Shown: positions 26,101 to 36,253 of the stretch, piece after piece
How positions within the stretch are numbered: the first letter of the stretch is position 1
How the letters are laid out: each line of letters opens with the position of its first letter
IMG/VR virus record: IMGVR_UViG_3300045988_171958
Location: 64,001-128,000 of that record
Source of the DNA: a virus
Strand: one strand, 5' to 3'
DNA: 64,000 nt
The notes under the pieces: generated by a model
The model's input: only the letters and a program-made list of their open reading frames with translations
Told to the model about the DNA's origin: nothing
The model's database searches: none
Program-made: the position numbers and the translations under genes

Positions 26101-29100
26101 CAACTACAGTAATATTATTTTCTGTATTTTCTGTACAACCTATTGTACATTTGATAGGTTTATCTATTGTGGTAGTACTACTACATTTATCATAATTTTC
26201 ACCGTATTTTGTAAATGTTCCTTCTTTTATATTTAAAGAAGCTTTATTCCATTTTACTCCAGCAGTAGTAAACTTTGTGATATATGCTATATCTTCATTA
26301 TTTCCGGTTGCTGATATTGATGTATCTACTAAACAACTACAATTTATTTGATTTGATACTTTAAATGTTGCTGAATTAGTCTGTTCACCTGCAGTTTTAC
26401 CATTTTGAGTGACCTTAGTAGTAGCACTAGTACCAGTCTTTGTATAATCTAATTTTAAAGTACCTAATGGTCTACTATCTTGAGCTCCAGTTACACCTCC
26501 AATAACTTTATAAAATCCTACTTTATCTTTATTTTCTTTTATTTCTTTTGTTAAAATGTAAGAATCCTTTGTCCATATCCACTCATTAAATTCATCAGTA
26601 ATATTTTCTCCTCTTGGTTTAGGATTATTAGGATAATTTATTTTTACAGTTCTCTTAGTGTTATTACTTAATGTTACTCCAGTTACTCCTTTATCAGGAG
26701 TAAATGACCATTTATAATAATCATTAACATCTAATTTTTCTCCTGGTACCTCAACATCAAATGTAGATTGTCCATTAAATGTAGGATCAGAAGTATCTGT
26801 ATATGGACTATCAACATCAGGAACATTCCATGAAGTTGAAACAGATATAGTAAATTTACCATCTGAACCTGCAGTATAATTTGGACTATTTGTTGGTGTA
26901 ACATCATGTGTACCTTCTTCTGCTCCAACAGTTACATTATCCAATTTGATAGTTGTCCATGTTAATGATGCAGAATCTTGTGTATATGTACCTATATCTA
27001 ATGTAGTAGATTTAAAATCTTTATTACCAGAGACACTTAATGAACCTGATCCACTTTTTTTTCTACTACTAAATGTTAATATTGCTGGAAGGCTATCAGG
27101 ATATTCTGTTGAAGTACTACTACGTTTTGTCGGAGTTGATCCTACATACACATGTCCATCAGATAAAAATGGAGTGGCTAAATAACCTCCATAATCTTGT
27201 CCAAATCTATATAAGTTAAATTCTACAGTACCAGAATATCCTTCTGCTGAACTTACTGTAACAGAAATAATTTTACCTAAGCCTAGGTTATCCATACTAG
27301 TTCCTGGAGTTACAGATGAAACATTAACTGTTGCTGTGTTATTTTTATTACTATCTGTTCCTACCCAAGTATATTTAACACCAGTAATACTTGTACTATC
27401 ATTTTTCCAATCATCAGTACCTACCTTTGATTGTAATTGATAACCAGCAACTTTTAATTCCCATTTAGTTGAATCCCAATATATTTTTTTACTTGTATAA
27501 GCTTCTAAAGTAATCTTAATTCTAAATTGCTTCTGTTGGGATGTTATTGTAATTGTACTACTATTTAATTCATTATATTTATTATCACCATTAAACCATG
27601 CAACATAAATAACATAAGTTCCTGGTTTTGTTATATGTACAGTACTTTCTCCAGTAGTATCTAATGATTGCCAATTTTTAGTATCAGTACCTTCAACAAC
27701 TGCCATTTTAGCAGTATATGTAGTATCAACTAATGGGCCTACAGAACCAGATGATGATTTAGTTGTTGTTTGGGTATCGCCAATCCATCCATCTGGACTT
27801 TCTGGATGTATACTAAAACCATACATATAATTCCATGTCTTCTTACCAGTATGTTTGTAATTTACTGTTAAAGCAGATATTGATTTTACTCCTAAATATG
27901 TACTTACAGGAACATTATATTTAAATTCTTGACTTGAACCTTCAAATGTTGCAGTAGGTACAGTAGTTGGAAAATTACCTTCTGATAACTTATCGGAATA
28001 ATTATATATGTATGTACTTATATTCTCACTTGACCCAGTATCACCTGATGGGTTAGGATCTGGTGATGTTATATTAGATACAGTAAATGCGCCATAATCA
28101 ATAGATTCATTATAACTTTTATCGGCAGGACCCACTGGTTTAGATGTGGTACAATTTACTCCAGATGTTACAAAAGTATAAGCTATTTCATCATGCCAAC
28201 CTTCTTGCCCATTTTGTGGTACTGTTATTGAATTTCCTTCGTATGTTATACTACTATTATTAATATCTACTACTCTTATCTTAATAGTATGGTTTATTGG
28301 ATCTGCTGTTTTATAATATCCTGATGTATATTTGTATATTCCTTCATTTACATCAGTCCATTCATCAGAAGATTTCAAATCAAGAGAACAATCTCTATCC
28401 CATGTTGCATCATTGCTTTGTATATATTTAGTAGTAGAATCTGACCAACTTCCTGTATCTACTTTATATTGATATTTATAATTAGCAGGGTTGGGTTGTA
28501 CAGATCCGCTAAGTACAATACCATTGGCAGGGTTTGCAGGTTTAGAACTAATTATATTGCTACTTACAGATATTGAATAATCTTGCTTCTTACTAGTTGC
28601 AGATTCTGTTTCTACAGTACCTGATGATTTAGATATAATAATAGTTGCACCATACCAAGGAATAGTAGTATAATTTACACCAGGAGTAAGGTTTTTTTGT
28701 CCTGTAACATACAATTGTTTAGCTGATTTGAGACTATAATTGGCACTTGTACTCTTACCATCAACAGGGTATTTGGTGCTCCCATCACAACTATTTATAC
28801 CTTCACCAGTTCCTTTTATAGTAATAGTACCAGATATGTTAGTACCATTTTGAGATATAGTTATAGTAGATGGGCTTGGTGTCAGTACACCATCTTGATA
28901 AGTAGATCCTGAAAATGATATAGTGCCAGATGTTGCTGATGAATTTTTAGTAGTAGATGTAAATGTAAGTGTACCATCACTAGCAGAGGCATACCAATTA
29001 CCTATTATTGGCGGATTAGAAGCCAATGTTGCAGTAAAACTATCATCAGTATTGTCATTATTCCATGTTTTGCTTGCCTTAGAAAATGTCAAATCTTGAG

Positions 29101-31027
29101 TACCAGTATCTTTCCAGGATAATGTGGCATTTCCAAATGCATGATTAGCAGCACCTATAGCAGGAAGTTTGATATCTACACTTTTAAATTCTTTTAATGT
29201 CCAATATTCTTGATTTGTCGGAGTATTTGCGGTATTGGATATTGTCCAAGTACGTTCAGAAACACCTGAAGTAAAACCTTGTCTGAATGTAATATCTGGA
29301 TGTAACTTTATTGTAACATCACCTCCTTTATAAGATACTGCATCATTAGATCCTTTAGTTATAGTTACTTTACCACCACTATAAGTATTTACCCAAGGCC
29401 TGCTTATTGTTGGCATTATAACAGAAACAGATTTTGATGATGCGTTGTAATTCCATCCAGTTGTCTTTTCTGTACCATCTGAAGTTGATATTCCCCCTAT
29501 ACTAACAGTAGGCCAACCATGGCCATATCCATCATTATAAGTTGTAGTTGTCTTACTTCCTTGTGTGACTTTCCATTTCATATTGAATGATGGATTATTC
29601 CAATGCATTCCATGCTGTGTTAAAGTCAATGCTTGATATGGTTGACCTTTGATATCTTTAGGTGTAATGTTTTGTGCACAGCAATTGGTGACAGTCATAT
29701 TCTGTCTAAGTGTACAAGAACGAGCTGATCTATTAGTAGGAGGTGTCCAAGATACACCGGTAACAGAACCAGTAGTAGAACCACCGTTAGAAATAGAAGT
29801 ATTATTTAATGATAATGAAAGAGTACCACCAACACTTGGTTTGTCATCCCCTTGGTCATCAAATGTTACCTTTGTTGTATTTCCGGAGGTTGTAGAAAGA
29901 TGTGCCCAAGATGGATTGCTATCTATAGACCAAGCATAAGATATTCCTAACTTAGAACCTGGTTGCCATATTCTGAATGTATAAGCGTTAGTACCTGTAG
30001 GCATAGTAGAGCTTTTATTTATCATCAAACTGTATGTTACATCAACATATCTCTTATAAGAAGAGAAACCATCATCATTAGCAGTAGAAGTTGTGAATCT
30101 GTCATATTTACCATCATACCATGCTTTTGCTTCTACATTTACACTACCACCATCATAAGAAACAGAATTGTAATTATCATCATATTCGAAAACTAATCTC
30201 TTAGGATAAGTAGGCAGAGTATTGTATGTAAATGAAAGATAGTTAGTATTGTTCCAAGTAGCTGAATTCTTATATGGGTTATAAGTATAAGAATGATTTA
30301 TTCTGTATTCTGATTTATTGTTTGTTAATGTACAGAAAGTAGGAGAACTAGACTTTGCATCATCATGATTTGATATAGAAATATAGAGTTCTCCATAAGG
30401 ATCTGCTATATTATAGAAAGTTTGGAAAGCATCATATTTTTCTGTTACAACACGGCCACCAGTTGCTTTAGTCTTACCATCACTTTTATAGTTGTCATTT
30501 GTACCGTAATTATAGCTAGTTAAATCATATTTTATGCTTGGTTCATATTGTATTTTGTGTCTACGGTAACCTGCAGTAAAAGTTGTACCTTTTACAGATA
30601 AGTTAGTTCTAGATATGACGTTGTTGTTGGAATTACTGTAAGGACTTACACCATGCTTAGTATCATCTAATCCTGTTGGTTCAACAAATCTGGAATCTGT
30701 TTTGCTTCCAAATGGATAGAAATTGAAATCTCCATATACAGATCCAATCGTATTCTTATTAGCTGTTGCCCAATTGAAATAAGCAACATAATCATTACCA
30801 GTCTTTACTTCCCTATTAGGGCTAGTCATGTGATTAGTAGTATAGAAATAACAAGTAGTATTATTTCCTGTAAATTCTGCACCATTAGGATGAGGAATAG
30901 GTTGGGATACATTACCAGAATTTGCTAATTCTACAATAACCCAATCAGAATCATCAAAAGAATGTCCTCTTGTATTGTAATTGTAATTTCCACTATTTGA
31001 AGTAAAATAATTTCCGTAATCTGCCAT
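23150..31027 (-). CDS. giant Ser/Thr/Asn-rich beta-repeat protein, 2625 aa (tail fibre or adhesin-like structural protein; Ig/BACON-like modules suspected)
   Basis: Uninterrupted 7.9-kb ORF. The composition and repeated modules are typical of phage fibres or adhesins. It is the last gene of a three-gene minus-strand block. Confidence 0.9.
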   Translation of the reverse strand: MADYGNYFTSNSGNYNYNTRGHSFDDSDWVIVELANSGNVSQPIPHPNGAEFTGNNTTCYFYTTNHMTSPNREVKTGNDYVAYFNWATANKNTIGSVYGDFNFYPFGSKTDSRFVEPTGLDDTKHGVSPYSNSNNNVISRTNLSVKGTTFTAGYRRHKIQYEPSIKYDLTSYNYGTNDNYKSDGKTKATGGRVVTEKYDAFQTFYNIADPYGELYISISNHDDAKSSSPTFCTLTNNKSEYRINHSYTYNPYKNSATWNNTNYLSFTYNTLPTYPKRLVFEYDDNYNSVSYDGGSVNVEAKAWYDGKYDRFTTSTANDDGFSSYKRYVDVTYSLMINKSSTMPTGTNAYTFRIWQPGSKLGISYAWSIDSNPSWAHLSTTSGNTTKVTFDDQGDDKPSVGGTLSLSLNNTSISNGGSTTGSVTGVSWTPPTNRSARSCTLRQNMTVTNCCAQNITPKDIKGQPYQALTLTQHGMHWNNPSFNMKWKVTQGSKTTTTYNDGYGHGWPTVSIGGISTSDGTEKTTGWNYNASSKSVSVIMPTISRPWVNTYSGGKVTITKGSNDAVSYKGGDVTIKLHPDITFRQGFTSGVSERTWTISNTANTPTNQEYWTLKEFKSVDIKLPAIGAANHAFGNATLSWKDTGTQDLTFSKASKTWNNDNTDDSFTATLASNPPIIGNWYASASDGTLTFTSTTKNSSATSGTISFSGSTYQDGVLTPSPSTITISQNGTNISGTITIKGTGEGINSCDGSTKYPVDGKSTSANYSLKSAKQLYVTGQKNLTPGVNYTTIPWYGATIIISKSSGTVETESATSKKQDYSISVSSNIISSKPANPANGIVLSGSVQPNPANYKYQYKVDTGSWSDSTTKYIQSNDATWDRDCSLDLKSSDEWTDVNEGIYKYTSGYYKTADPINHTIKIRVVDINNSSITYEGNSITVPQNGQEGWHDEIAYTFVTSGVNCTTSKPVGPADKSYNESIDYGAFTVSNITSPDPNPSGDTGSSENISTYIYNYSDKLSEGNFPTTVPTATFEGSSQEFKYNVPVSTYLGVKSISALTVNYKHTGKKTWNYMYGFSIHPESPDGWIGDTQTTTKSSSGSVGPLVDTTYTAKMAVVEGTDTKNWQSLDTTGESTVHITKPGTYVIYVAWFNGDNKYNELNSSTITITSQQKQFRIKITLEAYTSKKIYWDSTKWELKVAGYQLQSKVGTDDWKNDSTSITGVKYTWVGTDSNKNNTATVNVSSVTPGTSMDNLGLGKIISVTVSSAEGYSGTVEFNLYRFGQDYGGYLATPFLSDGHVYVGSTPTKRSSTSTEYPDSLPAILTFSSRKKSGSGSLSVSGNKDFKSTTLDIGTYTQDSASLTWTTIKLDNVTVGAEEGTHDVTPTNSPNYTAGSDGKFTISVSTSWNVPDVDSPYTDTSDPTFNGQSTFDVEVPGEKLDVNDYYKWSFTPDKGVTGVTLSNNTKRTVKINYPNNPKPRGENITDEFNEWIWTKDSYILTKEIKENKDKVGFYKVIGGVTGAQDSRPLGTLKLDYTKTGTSATTKVTQNGKTAGEQTNSATFKVSNQINCSCLVDTSISATGNNEDIAYITKFTTAGVKWNKASLNIKEGTFTKYGENYDKCSSTTTIDKPIKCTIGCTENTENNITVVAIPSAIIDRLKMNGISSNSSKTVVGPASNKMVKPKKRTIKYIWKLDGESYGETTNTIEVTTTPSTTGTRTFALDECTVTDEYENNSTYPEISGQTFITRYQLGYEWKFVVTTGTGYQYSVVIYSTKTQTQAETIEHLYWAENASTFNLNVYVRCWYRTTENGSDYNNWIEIDDPKVTYSWKDNGNIITEANGNNTKVDLEPGKGYNNSKDKIVTCTATYKETYHSTCTFTLKHYGQTYLNTVDDLSLVNDYNVFITMIPAKLSNKTPLYPKTLPGTIKFTSEKLNSIIDNGNGTLNLYDELIDINDCKSGNTSIKTGILIGKVTLDNGVLTWDNITLNTIDDKIMVSASGGNEPISASDEPKYEPGKDTFFKINVDTKWNIPIEDTPYTNAASTRFDPKVSTPDLTKPSTSLTYTYFKIPAGKLDVDNYYSWSFEPSEGIDETKVYLDSKTIKSKICHLIYDKNEGESGSIITPGVNNWTGNKLVKLLKEIDDKSNDTTNYSKKLEFYTVTGGVSTGIKERPLGTIKLEYTYNKNTASAPVVQQGTPNGKGTQSAEFEITKTFNCANLVIDKSISSEGAKIQSAYITKFTRIKKYENTTINVHEDNFKTDSTNYDKCKSVTSISKPIKCTIGATEDRTGIKVVSPFSAIIKLSKKNGKPVQNNTKVFIGPSFIENLPSNAIIKYNWLCDGKKYDKTTKTIEVTTTPDVIGIRTFKLDSVDISTTIENHEINKKYELKDYEWTFEVTSMTAIYNLYVYCGTNVNETNTTQTIEHTYFDTNASTFDLSVHIVCEMATSTDGVNFGDFIVIDDPGVTYNWDYGNSTTSTNKVTVSAGKNATDGNTTDVTCTISYGGSTASCTFTLKNYGATVDFTGTLTCSDDKTITAFDPQTYDTTASISDYKVTATSGTSTKDWTKTYNYTLNATKHTLTAVQGTDASTLGTSSYEYTFVCPIDKIPKNIHIGTDASTSHTVNLYCYGKSYYNQ
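23504..25396 (-). repeat. intragenic tandem module, copy 2 (about aa 1878-2508 of the giant protein)
   Basis: Collinear with copy 1. Examples: RPLGTIKLEYTYNK vs RPLGTLKLDYTKTG; ISKPIKCTIGATE vs IDKPIKCTIGCTE; KTIEVTTTPDVIGIRTFKLD vs NTIEVTTTPSTTGTRTFALD; SCTFTLKNYG vs TCTFTLKHYG. Confidence 0.8.
25397..27199 (-). repeat. intragenic tandem module, copy 1 (about aa 1277-1877)
   Basis: See copy 2. An upstream partial third unit ends GTVEFNLYRFGQ. Confidence 0.8.
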
Positions 31028-31062
31028 TTGATTTAAAGTCTTTCTATTTAGAAGTTATTGTC

Positions 31063-32640
31063 TTACTTACCATTTGTTGATCCTTTATACTTTAAAGAAT
31101 CTTTTTTGTAAAACAATTCTATATGTACATCGGTTTTCCAATTATTTGTTTTGTTCTTTCGACCTATCTGGAATTTTTCTGCCGACTCTGAATTTGCTTG
31201 ATATTTAGCCCAGTATTCACCGGATCTTCTCTTGGTGACCATATCTATACCGCTATCTTCATTATGTGTAGCTGTAGTATTTGTGGGTACATCAGAAAAA
31301 TTGATACATTCATATTTTTGAAATGTGTTTTCACTATTGTTTGCATATTCATCATTTGGCAAATCTGTCCAGATAGGTATTCTCACAAATTTGAATGCTT
31401 TAGTACCGCATACCTCAGCCCCATCTTTTAAACTTGTTGATATTGAATATCTGTTATAACTAGATTCACCTTCTGGTCTACCACCAACATTTCCAGGTTT
31501 AGTAGAATAATTAAGTAAGGTAGCGGTCAAGTACTCGTTGATATTATTAGGTACTACTGAGGTGATTCCTCTAGCAACAAGATTAGCTCCTATAGTACCT
31601 CCTATTTTTGGATCTGATTCTACACCATTCCACCATACTGTCTTACCTCCATCTGGACTTACTCCAAACTCTATATAAAGCAATATTTCTCTTCTTTTTA
31701 CATCCCAATTTGAATACCAATGCTCCAATACACTAGTAATTGGCGGATTTTCATAATCTGTATAATCCAAATTTACAAACTTCAGGTGGGTATAATAGAA
31801 AATGTTAGGTTTTTGCCAAACTTTCAATAAAGTGAATTCTTTAGGTAGGCTAGCATTTGGTAAAGAACGTTGACTTTCTTCATTTGTAAATGGAACTGTT
31901 CTTGGATGACCTAGCTTAGTAGATCCAAAAGTAGATGAAGGTTCAAAATATTCCCATCCTAAAGCTTCATTAACAAAACCTATGAATCTCACTTCAGTAT
32001 AAGCTACTTCTGGTGTATTATTAGGTCCTATAAAAAAAGAAACAGTATAGTCAGTAGCAGAATCCTTATTTGGTTGGTTTATCCAAGTATTAGAAGAAGA
32101 AGAAACTGAAGAACGTACTATATCAAGATAATGATATTGAATATAAGTACTTCCTTCTGATTTGTTTATAGGATAATAAGTTTTATTTGTTATTCCATTA
32201 GAATTAGAAATATTTGTAAATAAAAATTTACCTTCATCAAATACAATGTTATTATCTGATTTAGTGTATTGATAAGATGCAAGGATAGGACCAAACTTCA
32301 AAGTATAAGTAAGTTCTCTTGCCTTCAAATCAAAAGAACCTGTTCCACCAGCAGGTTCTATTTCAAAAACTTTGTTAGGGTCAAAATCAAAAGTAGATTG
32401 CTTGGTAGGATAAGCTGAAGTAACAGATCCTGTCCCTATACTGAAGTCTCCTTGCAAACCACCATCATTAGGATCAGGAACAAATTGCAGGGTGTAAGCA
32501 GAGCCTTGGAATTCCAAATTAGACCAGTCCCAAGAAGTACCCCTGAATACAAAAGATCCAAGCTTACTGTTTGTTACTATCTTTGGTAAGGCTTTACTAT
32601 CACCCTGAAATACATATCCACTTTGAAGTATTACTGGCAT
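31063..32640 (-). CDS. hypothetical structural protein, 525 aa (fibre/baseplate-associated candidate)
   Basis: Long ORF directly upstream of the giant gene on the same strand. Confidence 0.7.
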   Translation of the reverse strand: MPVILQSGYVFQGDSKALPKIVTNSKLGSFVFRGTSWDWSNLEFQGSAYTLQFVPDPNDGGLQGDFSIGTGSVTSAYPTKQSTFDFDPNKVFEIEPAGGTGSFDLKARELTYTLKFGPILASYQYTKSDNNIVFDEGKFLFTNISNSNGITNKTYYPINKSEGSTYIQYHYLDIVRSSVSSSSNTWINQPNKDSATDYTVSFFIGPNNTPEVAYTEVRFIGFVNEALGWEYFEPSSTFGSTKLGHPRTVPFTNEESQRSLPNASLPKEFTLLKVWQKPNIFYYTHLKFVNLDYTDYENPPITSVLEHWYSNWDVKRREILLYIEFGVSPDGGKTVWWNGVESDPKIGGTIGANLVARGITSVVPNNINEYLTATLLNYSTKPGNVGGRPEGESSYNRYSISTSLKDGAEVCGTKAFKFVRIPIWTDLPNDEYANNSENTFQKYECINFSDVPTNTTATHNEDSGIDMVTKRRSGEYWAKYQANSESAEKFQIGRKNKTNNWKTDVHIELFYKKDSLKYKGSTNGK

Positions 32641-32692
32641 TTGATTTTGAAGTTCAATGTTTATTTATATAAAAATTGAACTTGAAAGAAAT

Positions 32693-33409
32693 TTAATGTT
32701 CAACTGGTATACCATTTATTTGTGTAATACTATCGATTATTTCAAAAAATTGATATCTATCTCCTTCATCTTTATTAATTATCTCTTCATCATTATCATA
32801 ATTTGTTATATCCACAGATGTACTTGTATAACCAATATATGTTTCTTTAGATGAACTTAAATAGGTATATAATGTATCATTATTTTGGGTATAATATGTT
32901 TGACTACTTGTATAATATATCCATTTATAATAATTATAAGATACATATATACTAAATCCAGGATTATCACTATCATCAAAAGATAATGTTTTTGAAGTAT
33001 TATCACTATAATATGCTACTACCTTGATACATTTATAATCCGATATATTTATCGTTCCATATTCTATTCCACCTGTATTAGTATATTGTGAATCATCATA
33101 ATTGTATGATGGGCCATTTATTATAGATATAACATATTTTGTAATAGTAACTTTTGGTTTATTCCATTTAAATTCACATTTTATACCATGATATTCTGTT
33201 GTACATGAATATGGTAAATCTAATGGCTTGGATATCCAATTAGCAGTGTCAATAGAATAATTACCATTTTTATCTGGATATTCTATAAATAAACTATGTT
33301 CAAATAGATCGTTTGGTAGTCCAGTCAAATTTCCATCATAAACTTCTTTATCTCCTGATTTAGTATATGCTCTTGCTGATAATTTTCCTAACCCATACAT
33401 TTCTGGCAT
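32693..33409 (-). CDS. hypothetical structural protein, 238 aa
   Basis: The first ORF of the minus-strand block. Tyr/Asn/Ser/Thr-rich, like the giant protein. Confidence 0.65.
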   Translation of the reverse strand: MPEMYGLGKLSARAYTKSGDKEVYDGNLTGLPNDLFEHSLFIEYPDKNGNYSIDTANWISKPLDLPYSCTTEYHGIKCEFKWNKPKVTITKYVISIINGPSYNYDDSQYTNTGGIEYGTINISDYKCIKVVAYYSDNTSKTLSFDDSDNPGFSIYVSYNYYKWIYYTSSQTYYTQNNDTLYTYLSSSKETYIGYTSTSVDITNYDNDEEIINKDEGDRYQFFEIIDSITQINGIPVEH

Positions 33410-33645
33410 AATATTTCATAAATAATGCTTAAGGGAACATAAGTAAAAACATAGGGAAGTTCCCTCTATTCTACATAACTCTTCATGTTGCACTTTTATA
33501 ACATGTCACATATAATTATGTTCATTAGCAATTCATAAAATTACAACGAGTCAGTAGCGATTCATTGATTTGTAGCTATATAAAAATAAATATGAAGTAC
33601 ATCATGTACACTATTTAATATATATTAAAGGTAGATTAAAATAAT

Positions 33646-33675
33646 TTTGAAATTTCTAAAACCTATTCTATATTT
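33646..33675 (+). promoter_or_regulatory. promoter (TTTGAAATTT-N-TTCTATATTT)
   Basis: TTTG at 33646-33649, a 19-nt spacer, then TATATTT. The ATG is at 33705. Confidence 0.55.
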
Positions 33676-33704
33676 TAAATGTAAAAAATTTAAGACATAT
33701 AATT

Positions 33705-34160
33705 ATGCTTATAAATACAGAAAAGAAAAAGAAAGAAATAGAAGAATTCATTAATGACAAGATTCTTCATAAACAGCCAATATTTGTATATTTCAGATAT
33801 ATTCCTTCAAATCGTACGCTTATTATCAAAAAGGAAAATATTCTGAAGATTAATCCTAATTTGGTTGATGTGAATTCAAAAGAATGGATTGATGAAGATT
33901 ATCCTATTCAGTCTGATGTTCATTTCAATCAGAATTTTGGTAATATTGATGCTATCCATATTCTCGATTCTTTAGATAAGAGAATTAAAGATGAGGTATC
34001 AGAAAATTTCAAATTAGACATGAAATATATCAATAGAAGTTTCATCAATGACAATTTCTATTTGAATGTATTGTTTGATTCTGAAATTGAAGCTTACAAG
34101 AATGAACTCTATAATGAGATTGTAAGTATTAAAGATAAGTTGAACTTTCTAAATTATTAG
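33705..34160 (+). CDS. hypothetical protein, 151 aa
   Basis: ORF. Confidence 0.6.
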   Translation: MLINTEKKKKEIEEFINDKILHKQPIFVYFRYIPSNRTLIIKKENILKINPNLVDVNSKEWIDEDYPIQSDVHFNQNFGNIDAIHILDSLDKRIKDEVSENFKLDMKYINRSFINDNFYLNVLFDSEIEAYKNELYNEIVSIKDKLNFLNY

Positions 34161-34163
34161 TAC

Positions 34164-34613
34164 ATGTTTATTAATACAAATACAATTGAAGCAGTAAAGC
34201 TTACTTATAAAGACAGATATTCAGTAAAGAATTTGTTGAATTCAGATAATGATATTCGAATTTGTGTATCGAAATATCCTAGCAATTATCGGGTTTTAGA
34301 TGGTTGTTGGATTGTCAGTATGCCAGCTCATTACTTTGTAAAGAAGTATCTTTATAGTGATGATCCTGAAATTGCTATTGATACAGAATTGGATGTTACT
34401 TCTCGTCATGATGTGTTTGATATTCTCAATAAGTTCATGAATCCTTACAATCTTCGAAATGACCATACAGTAGAAGATTTGAATGAACATTGGAATTTTA
34501 CAATTTTGGATGCAGAAGATATTCAGCATATCATTGATGCATACCACAACTATCTTGAAGTTGTAAAAAATGAGGTAGATAAGCAGATTTGGAAACTTGC
34601 TAACGGTAAATAA
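34164..34613 (+). CDS. hypothetical protein, 149 aa
   Basis: ORF. Confidence 0.6.
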   Translation: MFINTNTIEAVKLTYKDRYSVKNLLNSDNDIRICVSKYPSNYRVLDGCWIVSMPAHYFVKKYLYSDDPEIAIDTELDVTSRHDVFDILNKFMNPYNLRNDHTVEDLNEHWNFTILDAEDIQHIIDAYHNYLEVVKNEVDKQIWKLANGK

Positions 34614-34621
34614 GATATACT

Positions 34622-34816
34622 ATGATATACAAGATGATTGAAGATGACAAATGGGAGTATCGTACACAAATTGTAACAGTGCATGATATTTCTTATGACC
34701 AAGTAGATAGTAAGCTAGATGGTGCTGATGGGTGGGAAGCATTTAGTGTAGAACACATGTATGATGATAAGTTTGTGGTATTTTTGAAGAGAAAATACAA
34801 AGAAGTAGAGAAGTAA
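34622..34816 (+). CDS. hypothetical protein, 64 aa
   Basis: ORF. Confidence 0.5.
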   Translation: MIYKMIEDDKWEYRTQIVTVHDISYDQVDSKLDGADGWEAFSVEHMYDDKFVVFLKRKYKEVEK

Positions 34817-34821
34817 AAATT

Positions 34822-35502
34822 ATGACGTATCGTAATAATAATCCAGTTTTCATGTATCCAAAGGATCCAAAGAAAAGAATTTGGCTAACTAATTATGCAG
34901 GTATTGTTGATGCAGATTGGAAAGAAAAATGTTGTACTCCTATCATATTTCTTGATATTGATGGTGTATTGAATAGTGGTGATTGGGCAGAAGAATTGTA
35001 CAAGAATCCAAATCCTAATTATCACAATTGGTGTGATCCTAAGACTGTTGATAGATTGATTGAATTTTTGCAATCAACAGGTTTCATGCTGGTATTGTCA
35101 TCATCTTGGAGAAGGTCAGGTAATATCTATGAAACATTCAAATCTTTAGATAGCATACCATATTTGAATAAGATATCTCCTTATATCATAGGACAAACTT
35201 GCAGATTGAATTTAGGTAGAACAAATGGTAAGCGTTGGTGTCGTGGTGATGAAATCAAAGTATGGGTTGATGAGTTCAAACCAAGCTACTATATGATTGT
35301 CGATGATGATACTGATATGTTGATAGAGCAATTTCCAAGGCTTATACAAACAGATCCAGAACATGGATTGACAGATGATGACTTGGTTAAATTGAAAAAT
35401 CAATTAGCATTAATATGCAATAAAGCTTGGAAAGAGAAATTTGACTTTTCTTTTGGTGACAGAATATTGATGTATAATTATACTACGAAATCTTATGAGT
35501 GA
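34822..35502 (+). CDS. HAD-superfamily phosphatase-like protein
   Basis: Motif I FLDIDGVLNS. Later VLSSSWR (motif II-like Ser) and MIVDDDTD (motif IV-like acidic cluster). Confidence 0.65.
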   Translation: MTYRNNNPVFMYPKDPKKRIWLTNYAGIVDADWKEKCCTPIIFLDIDGVLNSGDWAEELYKNPNPNYHNWCDPKTVDRLIEFLQSTGFMLVLSSSWRRSGNIYETFKSLDSIPYLNKISPYIIGQTCRLNLGRTNGKRWCRGDEIKVWVDEFKPSYYMIVDDDTDMLIEQFPRLIQTDPEHGLTDDDLVKLKNQLALICNKAWKEKFDFSFGDRILMYNYTTKSYE

Positions 35503-35833
35503 TAAGACAATACGAAATTTTGCAATAATTTTCTTCACATCTTTGTTCATATATTTAGGGTACACAAGATGTATCATTGGTACCCAAACCAAAACCCAAT
35601 GTATTGAACAAAGATTTAATTATGATCCTTATGTTGGTGAAACTCCTGTATACAACAATACATTGACTACATTTCAGGTGACTTATAAAGATGGAACAAA
35701 GAATAAAGTGAATGCTGCTTCTGTCATATATGGACAGACAAATGACAACATTTACTTTCTTGGAAACAATAGAGATACTCTATATATTATGCCTAAGATA
35801 AATGTAGAAGAAGTAAAGACTTTATCTAAATGA
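35495..35833 (+). CDS. hypothetical protein with an N-terminal TM anchor, 112 aa
   Basis: ORF whose start overlaps the previous stop (ATGAGTGA). Confidence 0.55.
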   Translation: MSDKTIRNFAIIFFTSLFIYLGYTRCIIGTQTKTQCIEQRFNYDPYVGETPVYNNTLTTFQVTYKDGTKNKVNAASVIYGQTNDNIYFLGNNRDTLYIMPKINVEEVKTLSK

Positions 35834-35834
35834 T

Positions 35835-35863
35835 TTTGAAATTTCTTTAAACTTTTCTATATT
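35835..35863 (+). promoter_or_regulatory. promoter (TTTGAAATTT-N-TTCTATATT)
   Basis: TTTG at 35835-35838, a 19-nt spacer, then TATATTAAATTTG. Confidence 0.55.
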
Positions 35864-35939
35864 AAATTTGTTCAAAGAACAAATCACTGATGCAATTCAG
35901 TTGCATTTTATATATGTCAAATAAAAATTAATAATTGTT

Positions 35940-36134
35940 ATGATGAATAGAAAAGACATGGTTAAAGTTGCTGACGAAAGCGTTGAAGGTGCTAACATTT
36001 ACAAGTCAAAGATTGGAATGCTTTATATAGAAGATTCTAATGGTTGTCTTCGAATTTTGAACCCAGAAGATTCTTTCCAAGGAAAATATTATCCTAAATA
36101 CAGCAATATTGTTTTTGAAAGTAAAATAAGATGA
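35940..36134 (+). CDS. hypothetical protein, 64 aa
   Basis: ORF. Confidence 0.5.
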   Translation: MMNRKDMVKVADESVEGANIYKSKIGMLYIEDSNGCLRILNPEDSFQGKYYPKYSNIVFESKIR

Positions 36135-36253
36135 TTTGTCATCATGAATAAAAAAGATAAAGTTGAATGTGATGATATGTACAAACCTTGGCATGTTTTA
36201 AACAGAAGATTTCAATGGTTATCATCATATTATAAATCCTTAAATAAAGAAAA

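Noticed and set aside
23150-31027. A diversity-generating retroelement (DGR) acting on the giant fibre-like protein.
   Set aside because: The window contains no reverse transcriptase gene, and I found no near-identical template/variable repeat pair at the nucleotide level. The internal repeats are diverged protein-level duplications.
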